Assembly: GCA_032128115.1 (NCBI GenBank)
Contig: JAQBHB010000031.1
Coordinates: 32,001 to 96,000, forward strand
Source: Deltaproteobacteria bacterium
Lineage (GTDB): Bacteria; Myxococcota_A; UBA9160; SMWR01
Reading direction: 5' to 3'
Length of the DNA stretch: 64,000 nt
The position numbers and the translations under genes were made by a program. The notes below the pieces were generated by a model that was given only the letters and a program-made list of their open reading frames with translations, ran no database searches and was not told where the DNA came from. This document shows positions 8,576-18,278 of this stretch, one piece after another (position 1 is the stretch's first letter; every line of letters begins with the position of its first letter).

Positions 8576-9055
8576 ATGGCCAGCATGCACGATTTCGAGA
8601 TGGATTCCATCACTGGTGAGACGCTGAGCCTTTCGCAGTATCGGGGCCGCGTCTGCCTGGTGGTCAACCTCGCCAGCCAGTGAGGAATGACCTCCCAGTA
8701 CGCAGGTCTGCGTACCCTTCACGAAGATCATGAAGACCGGGGATTCAGTGTCCTTGGCTTCCCGTGCAACCAGTTCGGCGCCCAGGAGCCCGGCAGCAAC
8801 CAGGAGATCCTGGAGTTCGCCCAGTCGAAATTCGGGGCCGGTTTTCCCATGTTCGCGAAGACCGAGGTGAACGGAGACGGTGCCTGCGATCTCTACGCGT
8901 TCCTCAAGGCGGGCCACCCGGACGAAGAGGGCAACGAGGACATCGGCTGGAACTTCACCAAGTTCCTGGTGGGGCGTGACGGCCAGGTGATCGCACGCTT
9001 TGGGCCGGGCGTCCCGCCCGGGGAGATTGCGAAGGCGCTAGCGGGACACCTCTGA
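8576..9055 (+). CDS. gpx: Glutathione peroxidase, selenocysteine-containing (UGA at codon 36)
   Basis: MASMHDFEMDSITGETLSLSQYRGRVCLVVNLASQ-TGA(8681-8683)-GMTSQY...LGFPCNQFGAQEPG...IGWNFTKFLV. The TGA sits at the catalytic Cys/Sec position of NVASxCGxT. AAGGGAG SD upstream and a SECIS-like hairpin downstream. Confidence 0.92.
8698..8715 (+). promoter_or_regulatory. Bacterial SECIS-like hairpin
   Basis: GTACGCAG-GT-CTGCGTAC perfect inverted repeat, separated from the TGA by a 14-nt spacer. Core GCAGGTCTGC matches the apical part of the E. coli fdhF SECIS. Confidence 0.82.
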
Positions 9056-9068
9056 CCCACGCCCGGAG

Positions 9069-9515
9069 CTAACCCGGTTCGACGCTCACCTGGGTGCGAA
9101 CCGAGTTGGCGATGAAGCAGTGCTCGTGGGCCATTTCGTGGAGCCGGGCGAGTTGGCCATCAGACGGGGGGCCGTCGCGGAACTCCACCCTGGGGCGCAG
9201 GCTGACGCGCGTGACGGCGAGCCTTCCCTGCTCGTTCTTCTCCATGAAGCCCACGGCGGCGTCTGTGTAGCGATCCACCACCAGGCGCTTGCGCGCGGCG
9301 AGCGCCAGGAAGGTGAGCATGTGGCAGCTGGCGATGGCCGCCACGAAGGCCTCCTCCGGGTCGACCCGGCTGGGGTCTCCCAGATAGCCCGGCGCGGCCG
9401 AGGCGGCGACAACCACCCCCGACCCGAAGCGCCAGTCGTGGTTGCGGGTGTAGCCCTCGTACGAGAAATCGCCGCCGCTTCGCTCCCAGGAGATCGTGGC
9501 CGCGTGTTCCGACAT
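9069..9515 (-). CDS. OsmC/Ohr-family protein
   Basis: 'DPEEAFVAAIASCHMLTFL' and 'AHEHCFIANSV' carry the two conserved Cys. Confidence 0.92.
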   Translation of the reverse strand: MSEHAATISWERSGGDFSYEGYTRNHDWRFGSGVVVAASAAPGYLGDPSRVDPEEAFVAAIASCHMLTFLALAARKRLVVDRYTDAAVGFMEKNEQGRLAVTRVSLRPRVEFRDGPPSDGQLARLHEMAHEHCFIANSVRTQVSVEPG

Positions 9516-9547
9516 GCAGCCAGTCTAGCCTGGGTCCCGGGCTTCGC

Positions 9548-11251
9548 TCAGAGCCTGACCCTCGACACCCGGGTGTAGACTTCCTCGCTCACCTGGGCCT
9601 CGTACAGCGTTTCCAGGCGCCACCGCGCGTCCAGATGCACCGAGTCGTCCGACGGGCGTTCATCTTCGTAACGCACCTGCTGGATCACCAGGATGTTGGG
9701 AAACGCGTGGGTCTCCAGGCGACCCAACAGCTCTTCGCGATGCGTGTTTGCGTACTCGCCGGACACGACACCCCAGCCCTGCACGACGTACCAATAGGGC
9801 GTATCGAAGATGATCAGGTTGTTGCGATCGGGGAAGTGCTCGTCCAGGTAGTCCAGGTTCTGGTGGTAGTCGTGGATCGCAACGGTCTGGCTCGCAGCGT
9901 GGGTTTCCGCAGCGAAGGGCCAGTACGCGACGATCAGACCCACCGCTGCCACCCCGACGTAGCTCCTCGGGAGATTCCAGTGCCGAGCCAACGCCGCCAG
10001 GAGCGATACGGCCGCGACGGCAAGTATCGGCAGGAACAGGATTCCGAAGCGGCTCGCGAAGATCACCGTCAGGTTCCCCCAGTAGTAACTGAAGACGACG
10101 ATGGATTGGGTGAGCACGCACAGGGCGAGAAGAGCGAGCAGGCTCACCCGATCGGCGCGCAGGCTTCCCCGGTCGCGCCAGAGTCGGTACGCCGCATAGG
10201 CCAGGCCCGCGAGCGCCAGGTAGAACACCGGCGGCACCGATCCGTACCAGACCTCCTGGCGGGTGAAGTAGTCCCAGGCATGACCGAGATTCGCCGGGAT
10301 CCGGTCGAGGGCGAAGAATGACTCGCCGTTCCGAACGCCGAAGTCGCCGCGTTGGGTGGCGAGGCGACGCTGCCAGAGAATCGGGAGGAACAGGAAGGGC
10401 AGGATCGCAGAGCGGTAGCTGAGCGCCCGATAGTCCTTCGCGCGCAGGATCCCGATCAATACCGCGCCGAAACACAGGACCCACAGAGGCGACTCGTAAC
10501 GGATCTGCGCCAGGATCACGAGCGTGAGGCCCAGCCTTTCCAGATCCCGTGTGTTTCGCTCCCGCAGGAACCGCTGAAACAGCCAGAAGGACAGCAGCAG
10601 AAACAGCAGCTGGAAGACTTCGAACCCCCCCGACGTGGTGCATGTGATCAGGACAGGGAAGGAAGCCAGAAACACCATCCCCATCATTCCCCAGAAACGG
10701 TCGAATTCCCGCTGCAACACGCCGTAGAAGATGAACAGGCTCATGGCTGCCGACAGGGCGTTCACCACGAACACGTTGTCCGCGCGGTATCCCGAAACGG
10801 TATGCACGAGGGACACGAAGAAGGGGAAGAAGAGAGGGCGCCGACCCACGAACTGGGTGACGATCTCGTAGTTGCCCAGCGTTCGCAGCGATTCCCAGGC
10901 CACGAGAACCGACTGCTCGTAATACATGGAAAACGACACCGCGGCCAGGTGGATCTCGTCGTTGAAGATCCGGAATCTGGGTTCGCTCACCAGCGTGAAG
11001 CCCAGGCCCAGCAGCATCGCCACGGCCAGCGCAAGCCCGTGCTTTCGCGCCAGATCCGCCCATGAGAATTCAAAGCGCTGCGGAAGCAGCGTCTGGAGCC
11101 ACAACAGGAAGGTCGCAAGCAGCAGGAACCAGGTCGCGGACCGGTGCCACTGCATGATTCGCGGGTCGCCGGGGACGACCCCAAGGATGATGGTCAGACA
11201 GGCAGAGATCCCTACGAGAACGGGATTCAGGCTGGCGCAGGCATGAAACAC
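9548..11251 (-). CDS. Polytopic membrane protein, GT-C (ArnT/PMT-like) glycosyltransferase-like
   Basis: More than 10 hydrophobic segments, 'FRIFNDE' first-loop motif, 'RPLFFPF', 'RYE', and a soluble C-terminal domain. Start uncertain. Confidence 0.65.
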   Translation of the reverse strand: MFHACASLNPVLVGISACLTIILGVVPGDPRIMQWHRSATWFLLLATFLLWLQTLLPQRFEFSWADLARKHGLALAVAMLLGLGFTLVSEPRFRIFNDEIHLAAVSFSMYYEQSVLVAWESLRTLGNYEIVTQFVGRRPLFFPFFVSLVHTVSGYRADNVFVVNALSAAMSLFIFYGVLQREFDRFWGMMGMVFLASFPVLITCTTSGGFEVFQLLFLLLSFWLFQRFLRERNTRDLERLGLTLVILAQIRYESPLWVLCFGAVLIGILRAKDYRALSYRSAILPFLFLPILWQRRLATQRGDFGVRNGESFFALDRIPANLGHAWDYFTRQEVWYGSVPPVFYLALAGLAYAAYRLWRDRGSLRADRVSLLALLALCVLTQSIVVFSYYWGNLTVIFASRFGILFLPILAVAAVSLLAALARHWNLPRSYVGVAAVGLIVAYWPFAAETHAASQTVAIHDYHQNLDYLDEHFPDRNNLIIFDTPYWYVVQGWGVVSGEYANTHREELLGRLETHAFPNILVIQQVRYEDERPSDDSVHLDARWRLETLYEAQVSEEVYTRVSRVRL

Positions 11252-11307
11252 GCCTTACGGATCGGCGTGTTCCCCGTGGTGCTGTAGGCACCGTGGGAAG
11301 GCGGGAC

Positions 11308-13362
11308 CTAGGGTGCGGGCTGTCGCGATTCCACGTAGCGCCGGATCAGCTCCACTTCGTCCGGGCCGATGTAGAGCTCCATTTTCGGCATGCCAGTACC
11401 TGGCAGGCCGGAGAGCGCAACCTGGTCGAAGACGCCGCCCAGGCGCAGAAGCGATGCGCGCAGGTCCGGCACCCCGCTCGAGGACACCACGCCACTGCCG
11501 TGACAGCGCGCGCACCACTTGTGGTAGAGGCGCTCGCCGTCGGCCAGCTCTCCGGGGCGGGTGATGAAGGCCTCGATCTGTGCCGGTGTGGGCGCGGCGT
11601 CCGGCAGCGCGTACGTGAGCACGACGCCGGGACCCTTCGCCACCCCCTTTGCAGCGGTGCCGCCCAGCAGGCCGAACGCACCGCCGAAGCCCGCCATCAC
11701 GGTCACATACTGCACACCGTCCAGGTAGTAGGTGATCGGAGCCGCAATCACCCCCGTCTCCGTGTGCGCGACCCACAGGGTGCGACCGTCGTCGGCGCGG
11801 TAGGCGACGAAGCGACCATCGGCGGTTCCCTGGAAGACCAGGTTGCCGGCCGTGGTGAGCGTGCCCCCATTCCAGGGCAACCCGTAGGGCACGCGCCAGG
11901 CCTCGCTCTGGCGAACCGGGTCCCAGGCCAGCAGGTGGCCCGAGGCCACCTCCGGCGGAAACGCCGCGAACACGTTGGTGTCGGTTCCCAGGTTGAACTC
12001 GTCCGGCACCACCTGGAAGTCCGGCTCCCGGCGATAGGCGCCGAGAAACTCCTGGGCGGGGATGTACACCAGACCCGTCATCGGGTTGTACGACATGGGC
12101 TGCCAGTTGTGTCCGCCGAAAAAGGTGGGCTTCACGAAGGCGAGCCCTCCCGCGTAGTCCTGACCCGCCACCTCGACCGGCCGGCCCGATGCGTCTACGT
12201 GGGAGGCCCAGGTCACCGTTACGTAGGGTTCGGCCGAGATCAGCTCACCCGTGGCCCGGTCCAGTACGAAGAAGAAGCCGTTCTTCGGAGCCTGCATCAG
12301 CACCTTGCGCGTGCTTCCGCCGATCACGAGATCTGCCAGGATCATGTGCTGGGTGGCAGTGAAGTCCCAGGTGTCGCCTGGCGTCGTCTGGTAGTGCCAG
12401 ACGAGCTTTCCGTCGTCCGGGTCGAGCGCCAGGATCGAGCTCAGGTAGAGATTGTCGCCGCCGCCGGGGCTCCGGAGCTGGCGCACCCAGGGCGAGCCGT
12501 TGCCCGTGCCCACGTAGAGCAGGCGCAGCTGTGGGTCGTAGGCCATGGAGTCCCAGGCCGTGCCGCCGCCGCCGAGTTTCCACCACTCGCCCGACCAGGT
12601 CTTCGCCGCCTGGGTCAACGCTTCCGATTCGAAGGGCTGCGACGGATCGCCAGGAACCGTATAGGTGCGCCACACGAGTTCGCCGGATTTCGCGTCGTAG
12701 GCCGAGACGTAGCCGCGGACGCCCAGCTCGGCGCCGCCGTTCCCGATCACCACCCGGCCCTCGACGATCCGGGGCGCACCGGTGATGGTGTACGGAAGCG
12801 AAGGATCGACGGTAACCACCTCCCAGTCGGGCAGCCCGGTCTTCGCGTCCAGGGCGATCAGCCGCCCGTCCAGGCTTCCCACGTAGACGCGCCCGCGATA
12901 GAGGGCGACGCCGCGGTTCACCACGTCGCAACAGGCCCGCTTGCCCGTCTCGCGGGGAACGCGCGGGTCGTAGCGCCAGAGCAGGTCGCCACTGCGGGCG
13001 TCCAGAGCGAACACGACGCTCCAGGTGCTGGTCGTGTACATCACGCCGTCCACCACCAGGGGTGTCGCCTCGAGACCCCGGACGCTGCCCGTGGGGAACG
13101 ACCAGCGCAGCTGCAGGCCCGCAACGGTCTCGGCGTTGAGCTGGTCCAGCGGACTGAAGCGCTCCTCCGCGTAGGTGCGGCCGTGAGTGATCCAGCTGTC
13201 CGGCTCGCTCGCCGCGGCCACCAGCCGGGCGTCGTCGATGGCACCCGGCGCTGCATCAGCTATCGGCGAGGCCGCCTCGTCGTCCCCGCACCCGAAAGCG
13301 AGGCTGGCGAAGCACAAGGCCGCCACGAATCCGAATCGAGCCGGAATCCACGCGTTCCTCAT
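11308..13362 (-). CDS. PQQ-dependent quinohemoprotein alcohol dehydrogenase (type II, C-terminal cytochrome c), lipoprotein
   Basis: 'EATPLV', vicinal 'ACCDVVNRG', 'GNGGAE', 'DTWDFTATQ', 'GGHNWQPMS', heme motif CARCH, lipobox 'AFGC'. Confidence 0.95.
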   Translation of the reverse strand: MRNAWIPARFGFVAALCFASLAFGCGDDEAASPIADAAPGAIDDARLVAAASEPDSWITHGRTYAEERFSPLDQLNAETVAGLQLRWSFPTGSVRGLEATPLVVDGVMYTTSTWSVVFALDARSGDLLWRYDPRVPRETGKRACCDVVNRGVALYRGRVYVGSLDGRLIALDAKTGLPDWEVVTVDPSLPYTITGAPRIVEGRVVIGNGGAELGVRGYVSAYDAKSGELVWRTYTVPGDPSQPFESEALTQAAKTWSGEWWKLGGGGTAWDSMAYDPQLRLLYVGTGNGSPWVRQLRSPGGGDNLYLSSILALDPDDGKLVWHYQTTPGDTWDFTATQHMILADLVIGGSTRKVLMQAPKNGFFFVLDRATGELISAEPYVTVTWASHVDASGRPVEVAGQDYAGGLAFVKPTFFGGHNWQPMSYNPMTGLVYIPAQEFLGAYRREPDFQVVPDEFNLGTDTNVFAAFPPEVASGHLLAWDPVRQSEAWRVPYGLPWNGGTLTTAGNLVFQGTADGRFVAYRADDGRTLWVAHTETGVIAAPITYYLDGVQYVTVMAGFGGAFGLLGGTAAKGVAKGPGVVLTYALPDAAPTPAQIEAFITRPGELADGERLYHKWCARCHGSGVVSSSGVPDLRASLLRLGGVFDQVALSGLPGTGMPKMELYIGPDEVELIRRYVESRQPAP

Positions 13363-14321
13363 CGAAAGACCTCATTCGAAAGCTTCTCGACGATCGTCTC
13401 GGCGACGACCCGGTAGCCTTCGGCGGTGGGGTGCTGGTCGGTAAAGAAGTAGGACGGACACTCCTTCTGCTGGCACAGGGAAATGAACGGCCGGGTGAGA
13501 TCGATGAGAGGGGTCTCCGTTTCCAGCGCCACGCTGCGGATGATCGGATTCGCCAGCACATAGAAGTTCCAGCGCGCCGGATACGTCATGAAGTAGAGCG
13601 GGATGCCCAGGTCCCTTGTCTGGCGCGCGATCGTGCGGAGATTCCGTGTGAGCCCCTCCCGGTCGGTATCCGGAACCCCGTCGCGCCGGACGAATCCCAT
13701 CTCGAAGACTTCGTCTCCGAATCGCGCCACGTGGTCTCCCCGATCCGGAATCTCTCCGAGGTCGAGGGTTTCTCCCATCTCCAGCTCCAGCTCGCGGCTG
13801 TCCACGTAGCGCCGAATCAGGTAGTAGAGCTTGAAGATAAGCGAATGACGCTCGAGGAAGCTCCGGCTGGAAACTCGGGGCTGGGCGTCTCCCGTTTCGA
13901 ACGGTTGGGTCCAGAAATCGTTCACGCCCACCATCACGATCACCAGGTCCGGCTCGAAGGTGTCGACGAGGCGCGCCAGGTCTCGCACGACACGCGAAGA
14001 GTTCGTACCGGGAAACCCGAGGTTCATCACCTCGAGCTTCGGGTGGTCCACCGTCTCGTTCCAGAGAGCTTCGAGCTGCACAGGGTAGGACTCCGCCGGA
14101 TCGAGCCACATGCCGTAGGTATTCGAGTCGCCGATGCTGAGGATCCGGGTGCGCCCGGTGAGCCAGGATGCCGAGAACTCGGGCCCGGCCGGCACCACCA
14201 GCCACGCAGCAACCCGTAGCGCGATCTCGAGAGCTACGAGAAAGACCACGATTCGGATCGAGAATGTCCCGAGCCACCGAGCAGGGGTCTTCCACCGCAT
14301 CTGGGACTCCACGATCGCCAT
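13359..14321 (-). CDS. SGNH/GDSL hydrolase with N-terminal membrane anchor
   Basis: 'IGDSNTYG', 'NLGFPG', 'GVND', 'DQHP'. Stop overlaps the PQQ-ADH start (ATGA). Start at 14321 or 14300. Confidence 0.9.
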   Translation of the reverse strand: MAIVESQMRWKTPARWLGTFSIRIVVFLVALEIALRVAAWLVVPAGPEFSASWLTGRTRILSIGDSNTYGMWLDPAESYPVQLEALWNETVDHPKLEVMNLGFPGTNSSRVVRDLARLVDTFEPDLVIVMVGVNDFWTQPFETGDAQPRVSSRSFLERHSLIFKLYYLIRRYVDSRELELEMGETLDLGEIPDRGDHVARFGDEVFEMGFVRRDGVPDTDREGLTRNLRTIARQTRDLGIPLYFMTYPARWNFYVLANPIIRSVALETETPLIDLTRPFISLCQQKECPSYFFTDQHPTAEGYRVVAETIVEKLSNEVFR

Positions 14322-14345
14322 TCGCCCGTAGGCTAACCTAGCGGG

Positions 14346-15311
14346 ATGGGGCTGCGACGGGCCGAAAAGGCAGGGACCGCCGACCCCTCGAGCCAATGGG
14401 CGCCGCGGTTGCTCGGAGCCTCGTGGCGGCAGTCGGCGCGGTCTCTCGTGTGTCCGGAGACGCCCCGCCTCGACGGGCAAACCGTCCTGATCACCGGCGG
14501 CAGCGAGGGCGTGGGGCTGGGGACCTGCCGCGGTCTGCTGGAGCGCGGCGCCCACGTGACCATGGCATCCAGGAGCGTCGAGAAGGCCGATCGCGCCTGC
14601 GCTCAGCTGCGCCGGGAGCTCGGCGCCGCAGACCCGCTCTCCCATCTTCCCCTGGACCTGTCCGACCTCTCTCGGGTGGGGGAAGCCGCGAAAGAACTGG
14701 AAGCGCGGCTCACCGGACGGCGCCTGGACGTCCTGATCTGCAACGCGGGTCTCTGGCCGCGGCGCCACGGTGTGTCGGCCCAGGGCCACGAGTTGGCGTT
14801 CGCCACCAACGTACTGGGGCACTTCCTGCTGCTCCGGCACCTGGTGGGGCGCGTGCTCGTGGAAGATGCGCGAGTGGTGATCGTGACCGGCGACATCTAC
14901 ATCCTGGCGCGCGACTGCACGCCCGATTACCCCTACCGGACGCAGCTGGGGGGCATGCTCGCCTACTGCCGCTCGAAGCTGGGAAATCTCTGGCAGGCAC
15001 GCGAACTGCAGCGGCGCCACCCGAAGCTCCAGGTCCGGGTGGCGCATCCGGGAGTCGTGGCCACCTCCCTGGGCGGCGCGCGCAAGGGACTCGCGGAAGC
15101 GATCAGCCGCCGTGTCCTGCTCGACGAAAACCAGGGAGCGCAGACACCGCTCTACTGCGTGACGCAGCCCAACATCCCCCCGGGCGCCTACGTCCACAAC
15201 GTGAGGGGGATCATGCGGCTTCGTCCCGACGACCCGGCCTGCGACGGCGCACGTGCCCGAGAGCTCTGGGAGAAATGCGAGCGGCTATGCCAGGGCCAGC
15301 TTCCCGACTGA
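14346..15311 (+). CDS. Short-chain dehydrogenase/reductase (retinol-dehydrogenase-like)
   Basis: 'TGGSEGVG', 'LDLSDL', 'NAG', catalytic 'YCRSK', 'HPGVVAT'. Confidence 0.92.
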   Translation: MGLRRAEKAGTADPSSQWAPRLLGASWRQSARSLVCPETPRLDGQTVLITGGSEGVGLGTCRGLLERGAHVTMASRSVEKADRACAQLRRELGAADPLSHLPLDLSDLSRVGEAAKELEARLTGRRLDVLICNAGLWPRRHGVSAQGHELAFATNVLGHFLLLRHLVGRVLVEDARVVIVTGDIYILARDCTPDYPYRTQLGGMLAYCRSKLGNLWQARELQRRHPKLQVRVAHPGVVATSLGGARKGLAEAISRRVLLDENQGAQTPLYCVTQPNIPPGAYVHNVRGIMRLRPDDPACDGARARELWEKCERLCQGQLPD

Positions 15312-15342
15312 GCCCCGCGCCGGATCCGGGTATCTTCGGGGT

Positions 15343-16413
15343 GTGCCGACCTGGAGTTCCTGGGGCCCCTGGAGCCAATGGCTATTCGCCGTTGCGGCAG
15401 GCCCCGGGAGCCAATGGCTATTCGCCGTTGCGGCAGGCCCCGGGCTGTGGCTCGCCGGGGCCATTTTCTTCGACTTCGTACACTGGGTCCTGCACCGAAT
15501 GCTGCGCTCGCGCGGGTCGCTGCTGCGAGCATTGGCGTGGCCCCACTCGGTGCACCATCACTGGATCGACCGCGAGCTCCGCGTGCGCTGGGAGTACCAG
15601 CGCCGGAACATCTGGTGTCACATCGTGCCCGAGTACGCAACGCAGCTCGCCTTCACCGGAGCGCTCGCGTTCTGGCTTCCTCTTCCCTTCGTGGTGGTGC
15701 TGGCGGCGCTGCAAACGGCCGTCTTCGTCGGGATCCTCCGGGCGGGCGGGCTCGACATCAACCACCGTCCCGTCGAGATCCTCGACGCCTACCGACCCGG
15801 ATTCCTGACCCCTCCCGCCTATCACGCACTCCACCACGTGCACCCCGACGCCTACTTCAGCGCCTACACGAAGCTCGTGGACATGTTGGTAGGGAGCGCA
15901 TTCCCGTTTCGCGAACGCCGCTTCGCGTTGCGCGGCGACAGCGCGTTCGGCCGGGCCCTGCGCCGGGAGCTGACTCGTGAAGGTGTACACCTGGAGGACG
16001 CGGAGGCTTTGGGCGATCTGGACGTGCTGGTGCTGTGCGATCCCGACGAGCCGGTCGTTCCCCGGGTCGAGGCGCTCGCTGCCGCCACTCGCCAACGCAA
16101 GCTGCCCCCAGAGGTGTGGGCCGTTCACACGCGGGCGAACGCGGCAACGGCCCGCCACTACTTCCAGGATGTCCGAGTGGGTTATCGATCGATCCTGGTG
16201 CCGGACCCGGAGGCACCCGACGGGGCGGAGTCGGCGGCGCGAACCGCCCTCTTCTTCATCCGACGCGGCTTCCACCTGGTTTCGACGCAATGGAGTCCCC
16301 GGATGCTCGGCGACTTCCTGCGCTTCCGCTTCACTCGCCCGGTTCGACCCGAGCTGGCCCCGCAGGCGCCCCACCGGGCCGACCTGGCCGACGCCGCCCC
16401 GATCGGGGGGTGA
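15343..16413 (+). CDS. Fatty-acid hydroxylase/sterol desaturase-family protein with degenerate SDR-like C-terminus
   Basis: His boxes 'HWVLH', 'HSVHH' and 'HALHH' plus TM segments. C-terminal 'FALRGDSAFGRAL' resembles an eroded Rossmann motif. Confidence 0.72.
   Translation: MPTWSSWGPWSQWLFAVAAGPGSQWLFAVAAGPGLWLAGAIFFDFVHWVLHRMLRSRGSLLRALAWPHSVHHHWIDRELRVRWEYQRRNIWCHIVPEYATQLAFTGALAFWLPLPFVVVLAALQTAVFVGILRAGGLDINHRPVEILDAYRPGFLTPPAYHALHHVHPDAYFSAYTKLVDMLVGSAFPFRERRFALRGDSAFGRALRRELTREGVHLEDAEALGDLDVLVLCDPDEPVVPRVEALAAATRQRKLPPEVWAVHTRANAATARHYFQDVRVGYRSILVPDPEAPDGAESAARTALFFIRRGFHLVSTQWSPRMLGDFLRFRFTRPVRPELAPQAPHRADLADAAPIGG
15371..15442 (+). repeat. Perfect 36-bp tandem duplication within the desaturase N-terminus
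   Basis: GGAGCCAATGGCTATTCGCCGTTGCGGCAGGCCCCG twice (15371-15406, 15407-15442), giving SQWLFAVAAGPG twice. Confidence 0.95.
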
Positions 16414-16422
16414 ACCGGGGAC

Positions 16423-17517
16423 TCACTCCAGGCTGCGCACGAAGGTCGCCAGCACCCGAGCGAATTTCTGGTTTCCGCCGGCCGAGAAGTGGCCCACGTC
16501 CACGAAATCATCCGGCTCGAAGTGGGTCTCGAGCACGCTCGTCACCACGTCCGCGCTCTCCCGACGGGCGGTCTCCACCAGGATCCGGTTGAAGGCCTCC
16601 ACCACGCGCTGGAGATCCCGGTCGGCGATGGTGGGCGTCCAATCGTTCGCGGAGCTGCCGACGGCTGCCGAATTGAAGAGCTGGGGGACCAGAATCGGAC
16701 GGATCCCCTGCTGGCGACAGAGCGCGATGATCGACTCCAGATTGCGCCGGTAGAGCGAGAGCACGCGGACGTCCAGCTTGCGGCGAAGGCTCTCTCGATT
16801 CACCGCGAACTGCACGCGCCCGGTTGCGTCGAGCACCAGAACGGTCTCCACGAAGCGTTTGGCGTAGAAGAGCAGGGCCGATCGATTGCCAACTCGCAGG
16901 TTGAACAGACCGAGCGCCCCGTGCAGGTAGGGCGCGTGGAAGTTGGCGTAATCGGGCGCGATGCCCGCCACATGGCTGTTGCGCAGATCGTTCCACCCCA
17001 CGAAGTAGATGGCCATGGCGGGCGCGAGATCCGACAGATGAAAGGCGGTCTGGATCACGTGCTCCACCGTCGAGTAGCCGGGCACGCCCAGGTTGATCAC
17101 CTGATAGCCGGGGCCCAGATCGCGGCCCAGCTGGGCCGGCCAGGTAGCATCGTCCGAAACGTTGACGGCGTAGGTGGTCGAGCCCCCGATGGCCACGATC
17201 CGCACCACTCCGGGGCCGCCGGCGACGACCGGCCCCCGGTGCCCGTGAGCGTCGTGGCTGACGTGGACCTCGCCCAGGGTGCGGGAGAAGTCGGGCGTGG
17301 GAACCCCCACCAGGTAGGGGTGTTTCTGGAAGGCCCCGTGGATCTGGTCACCCGGGAACGTCATCAGGCGCCAGCTGTCCCGCTCCAGGCGGTACACGAT
17401 CTGGGCGGTTGTCTCGGCAAGAAGCGCCGCGAGCCCGAACAGAAAGATGGGGTAGAAGATCTCGAGCAATATCCGGCGGCGCTTCAGACGCGGCGACACG
17501 CTCGCATCTTGACCCAT
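16423..17517 (-). CDS. SGNH/GDSL hydrolase with N-terminal membrane anchor
   Basis: 'IGGSTTY', 'NLGVPGYS', 'GWND', 'DVGHF'. Confidence 0.88.
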   Translation of the reverse strand: MGQDASVSPRLKRRRILLEIFYPIFLFGLAALLAETTAQIVYRLERDSWRLMTFPGDQIHGAFQKHPYLVGVPTPDFSRTLGEVHVSHDAHGHRGPVVAGGPGVVRIVAIGGSTTYAVNVSDDATWPAQLGRDLGPGYQVINLGVPGYSTVEHVIQTAFHLSDLAPAMAIYFVGWNDLRNSHVAGIAPDYANFHAPYLHGALGLFNLRVGNRSALLFYAKRFVETVLVLDATGRVQFAVNRESLRRKLDVRVLSLYRRNLESIIALCRQQGIRPILVPQLFNSAAVGSSANDWTPTIADRDLQRVVEAFNRILVETARRESADVVTSVLETHFEPDDFVDVGHFSAGGNQKFARVLATFVRSLE

Positions 17518-17545
17518 GGGGAGCCGGCGGCGCCAGCTGAGGCGT

Positions 17546-18250
17546 TCACCCGGCGGCGGGGCGCCCCAGGTATACGGAGTACTCGAAGCCGTCGGAGATC
17601 CGGAGCGTCGCGGATTCGAAGCCGTTCTCCCCCGACTGCACGTATTCGACGTACGGACGCAGGTCCTTCCTGAACGTGAAGATGTTGTCGGCCAGAACGA
17701 CAGCTCCCTGGCGAAGCCGGGGCGTCAGGAGCTTCAGTATCGGAAGGTAGAGATCCTTCCAACCGTCCAGCAGCACGAGGTCCACCGGCTCCGGAACGCT
17801 TGCCAGGGTTTCCACGGCGTCTCCGAGCCGAACGTCGACGAAAGGCTCGAGCCCCGCCTCCTTGAGGTTTGCCACGGCCTGGGCGTGCTTTCCGGGCTCG
17901 ATCTCGCTGCCCACCACGGTGCCGCCCCCGTTGTCCTTCACCGCCGCCGCCAGGTAGATCGTCGAGATTCCGAAGGAGGTGCCGTACTCCACCACATTGC
18001 GAGCGCCCGACTGGCGCGCCTGGAGGTAGAGAAGTCGACCCTGCTCCGGCGAGACCGGGATGTACATGTCGCGCATGGATTCGGGGGTGATGACGTCGAA
18101 GAATCCCCGTCCGCGCAGCTTCCCGGCGATGAGCCGGGGAGCCAGCGTCAGGAACTTGAGGCGATCCCCCTTGGCGGCCTGGTGAAGGCGCGCGAGCACC
18201 GCGGGAGCGGGCCCCGATCGCAGCGAACTCTGCGGGTGTTGGGTGTCCAT
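17546..18250 (-). CDS. O-methyltransferase (YrrM/caffeoyl-CoA OMT-like)
   Basis: 'VEYGTSFGISTIYLA', 'LGDA', 'DLVLLDGWKDLY', 'LADN'. GGAGG before ATG 18250. Confidence 0.9.
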   Translation of the reverse strand: MDTQHPQSSLRSGPAPAVLARLHQAAKGDRLKFLTLAPRLIAGKLRGRGFFDVITPESMRDMYIPVSPEQGRLLYLQARQSGARNVVEYGTSFGISTIYLAAAVKDNGGGTVVGSEIEPGKHAQAVANLKEAGLEPFVDVRLGDAVETLASVPEPVDLVLLDGWKDLYLPILKLLTPRLRQGAVVLADNIFTFRKDLRPYVEYVQSGENGFESATLRISDGFEYSVYLGRPAAG

Positions 18251-18278
18251 CGGCTGCCTCCGGAAGCATACACAACAT

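Noticed and set aside
8687..9055. GPx as a truncated 122-aa protein or nonsense pseudogene
   Set aside because: The only stop falls on the catalytic residue and is followed by a SECIS-like hairpin, and both halves are otherwise intact.
11247..11271. 8-bp inverted repeat AACACGCC/GGCGTGTT over the GT-C-like start codon
   Set aside because: Short, the start codon itself is uncertain, and there is no U-tract; could be chance.
11308..13362. Lanthanide-dependent PQQ dehydrogenase
   Set aside because: The active-site motif is D-F-T ('WDFTATQ'), lacking the extra Asp (D-x-D) of XoxF/ExaF/PedH; consistent with a Ca2+ enzyme.
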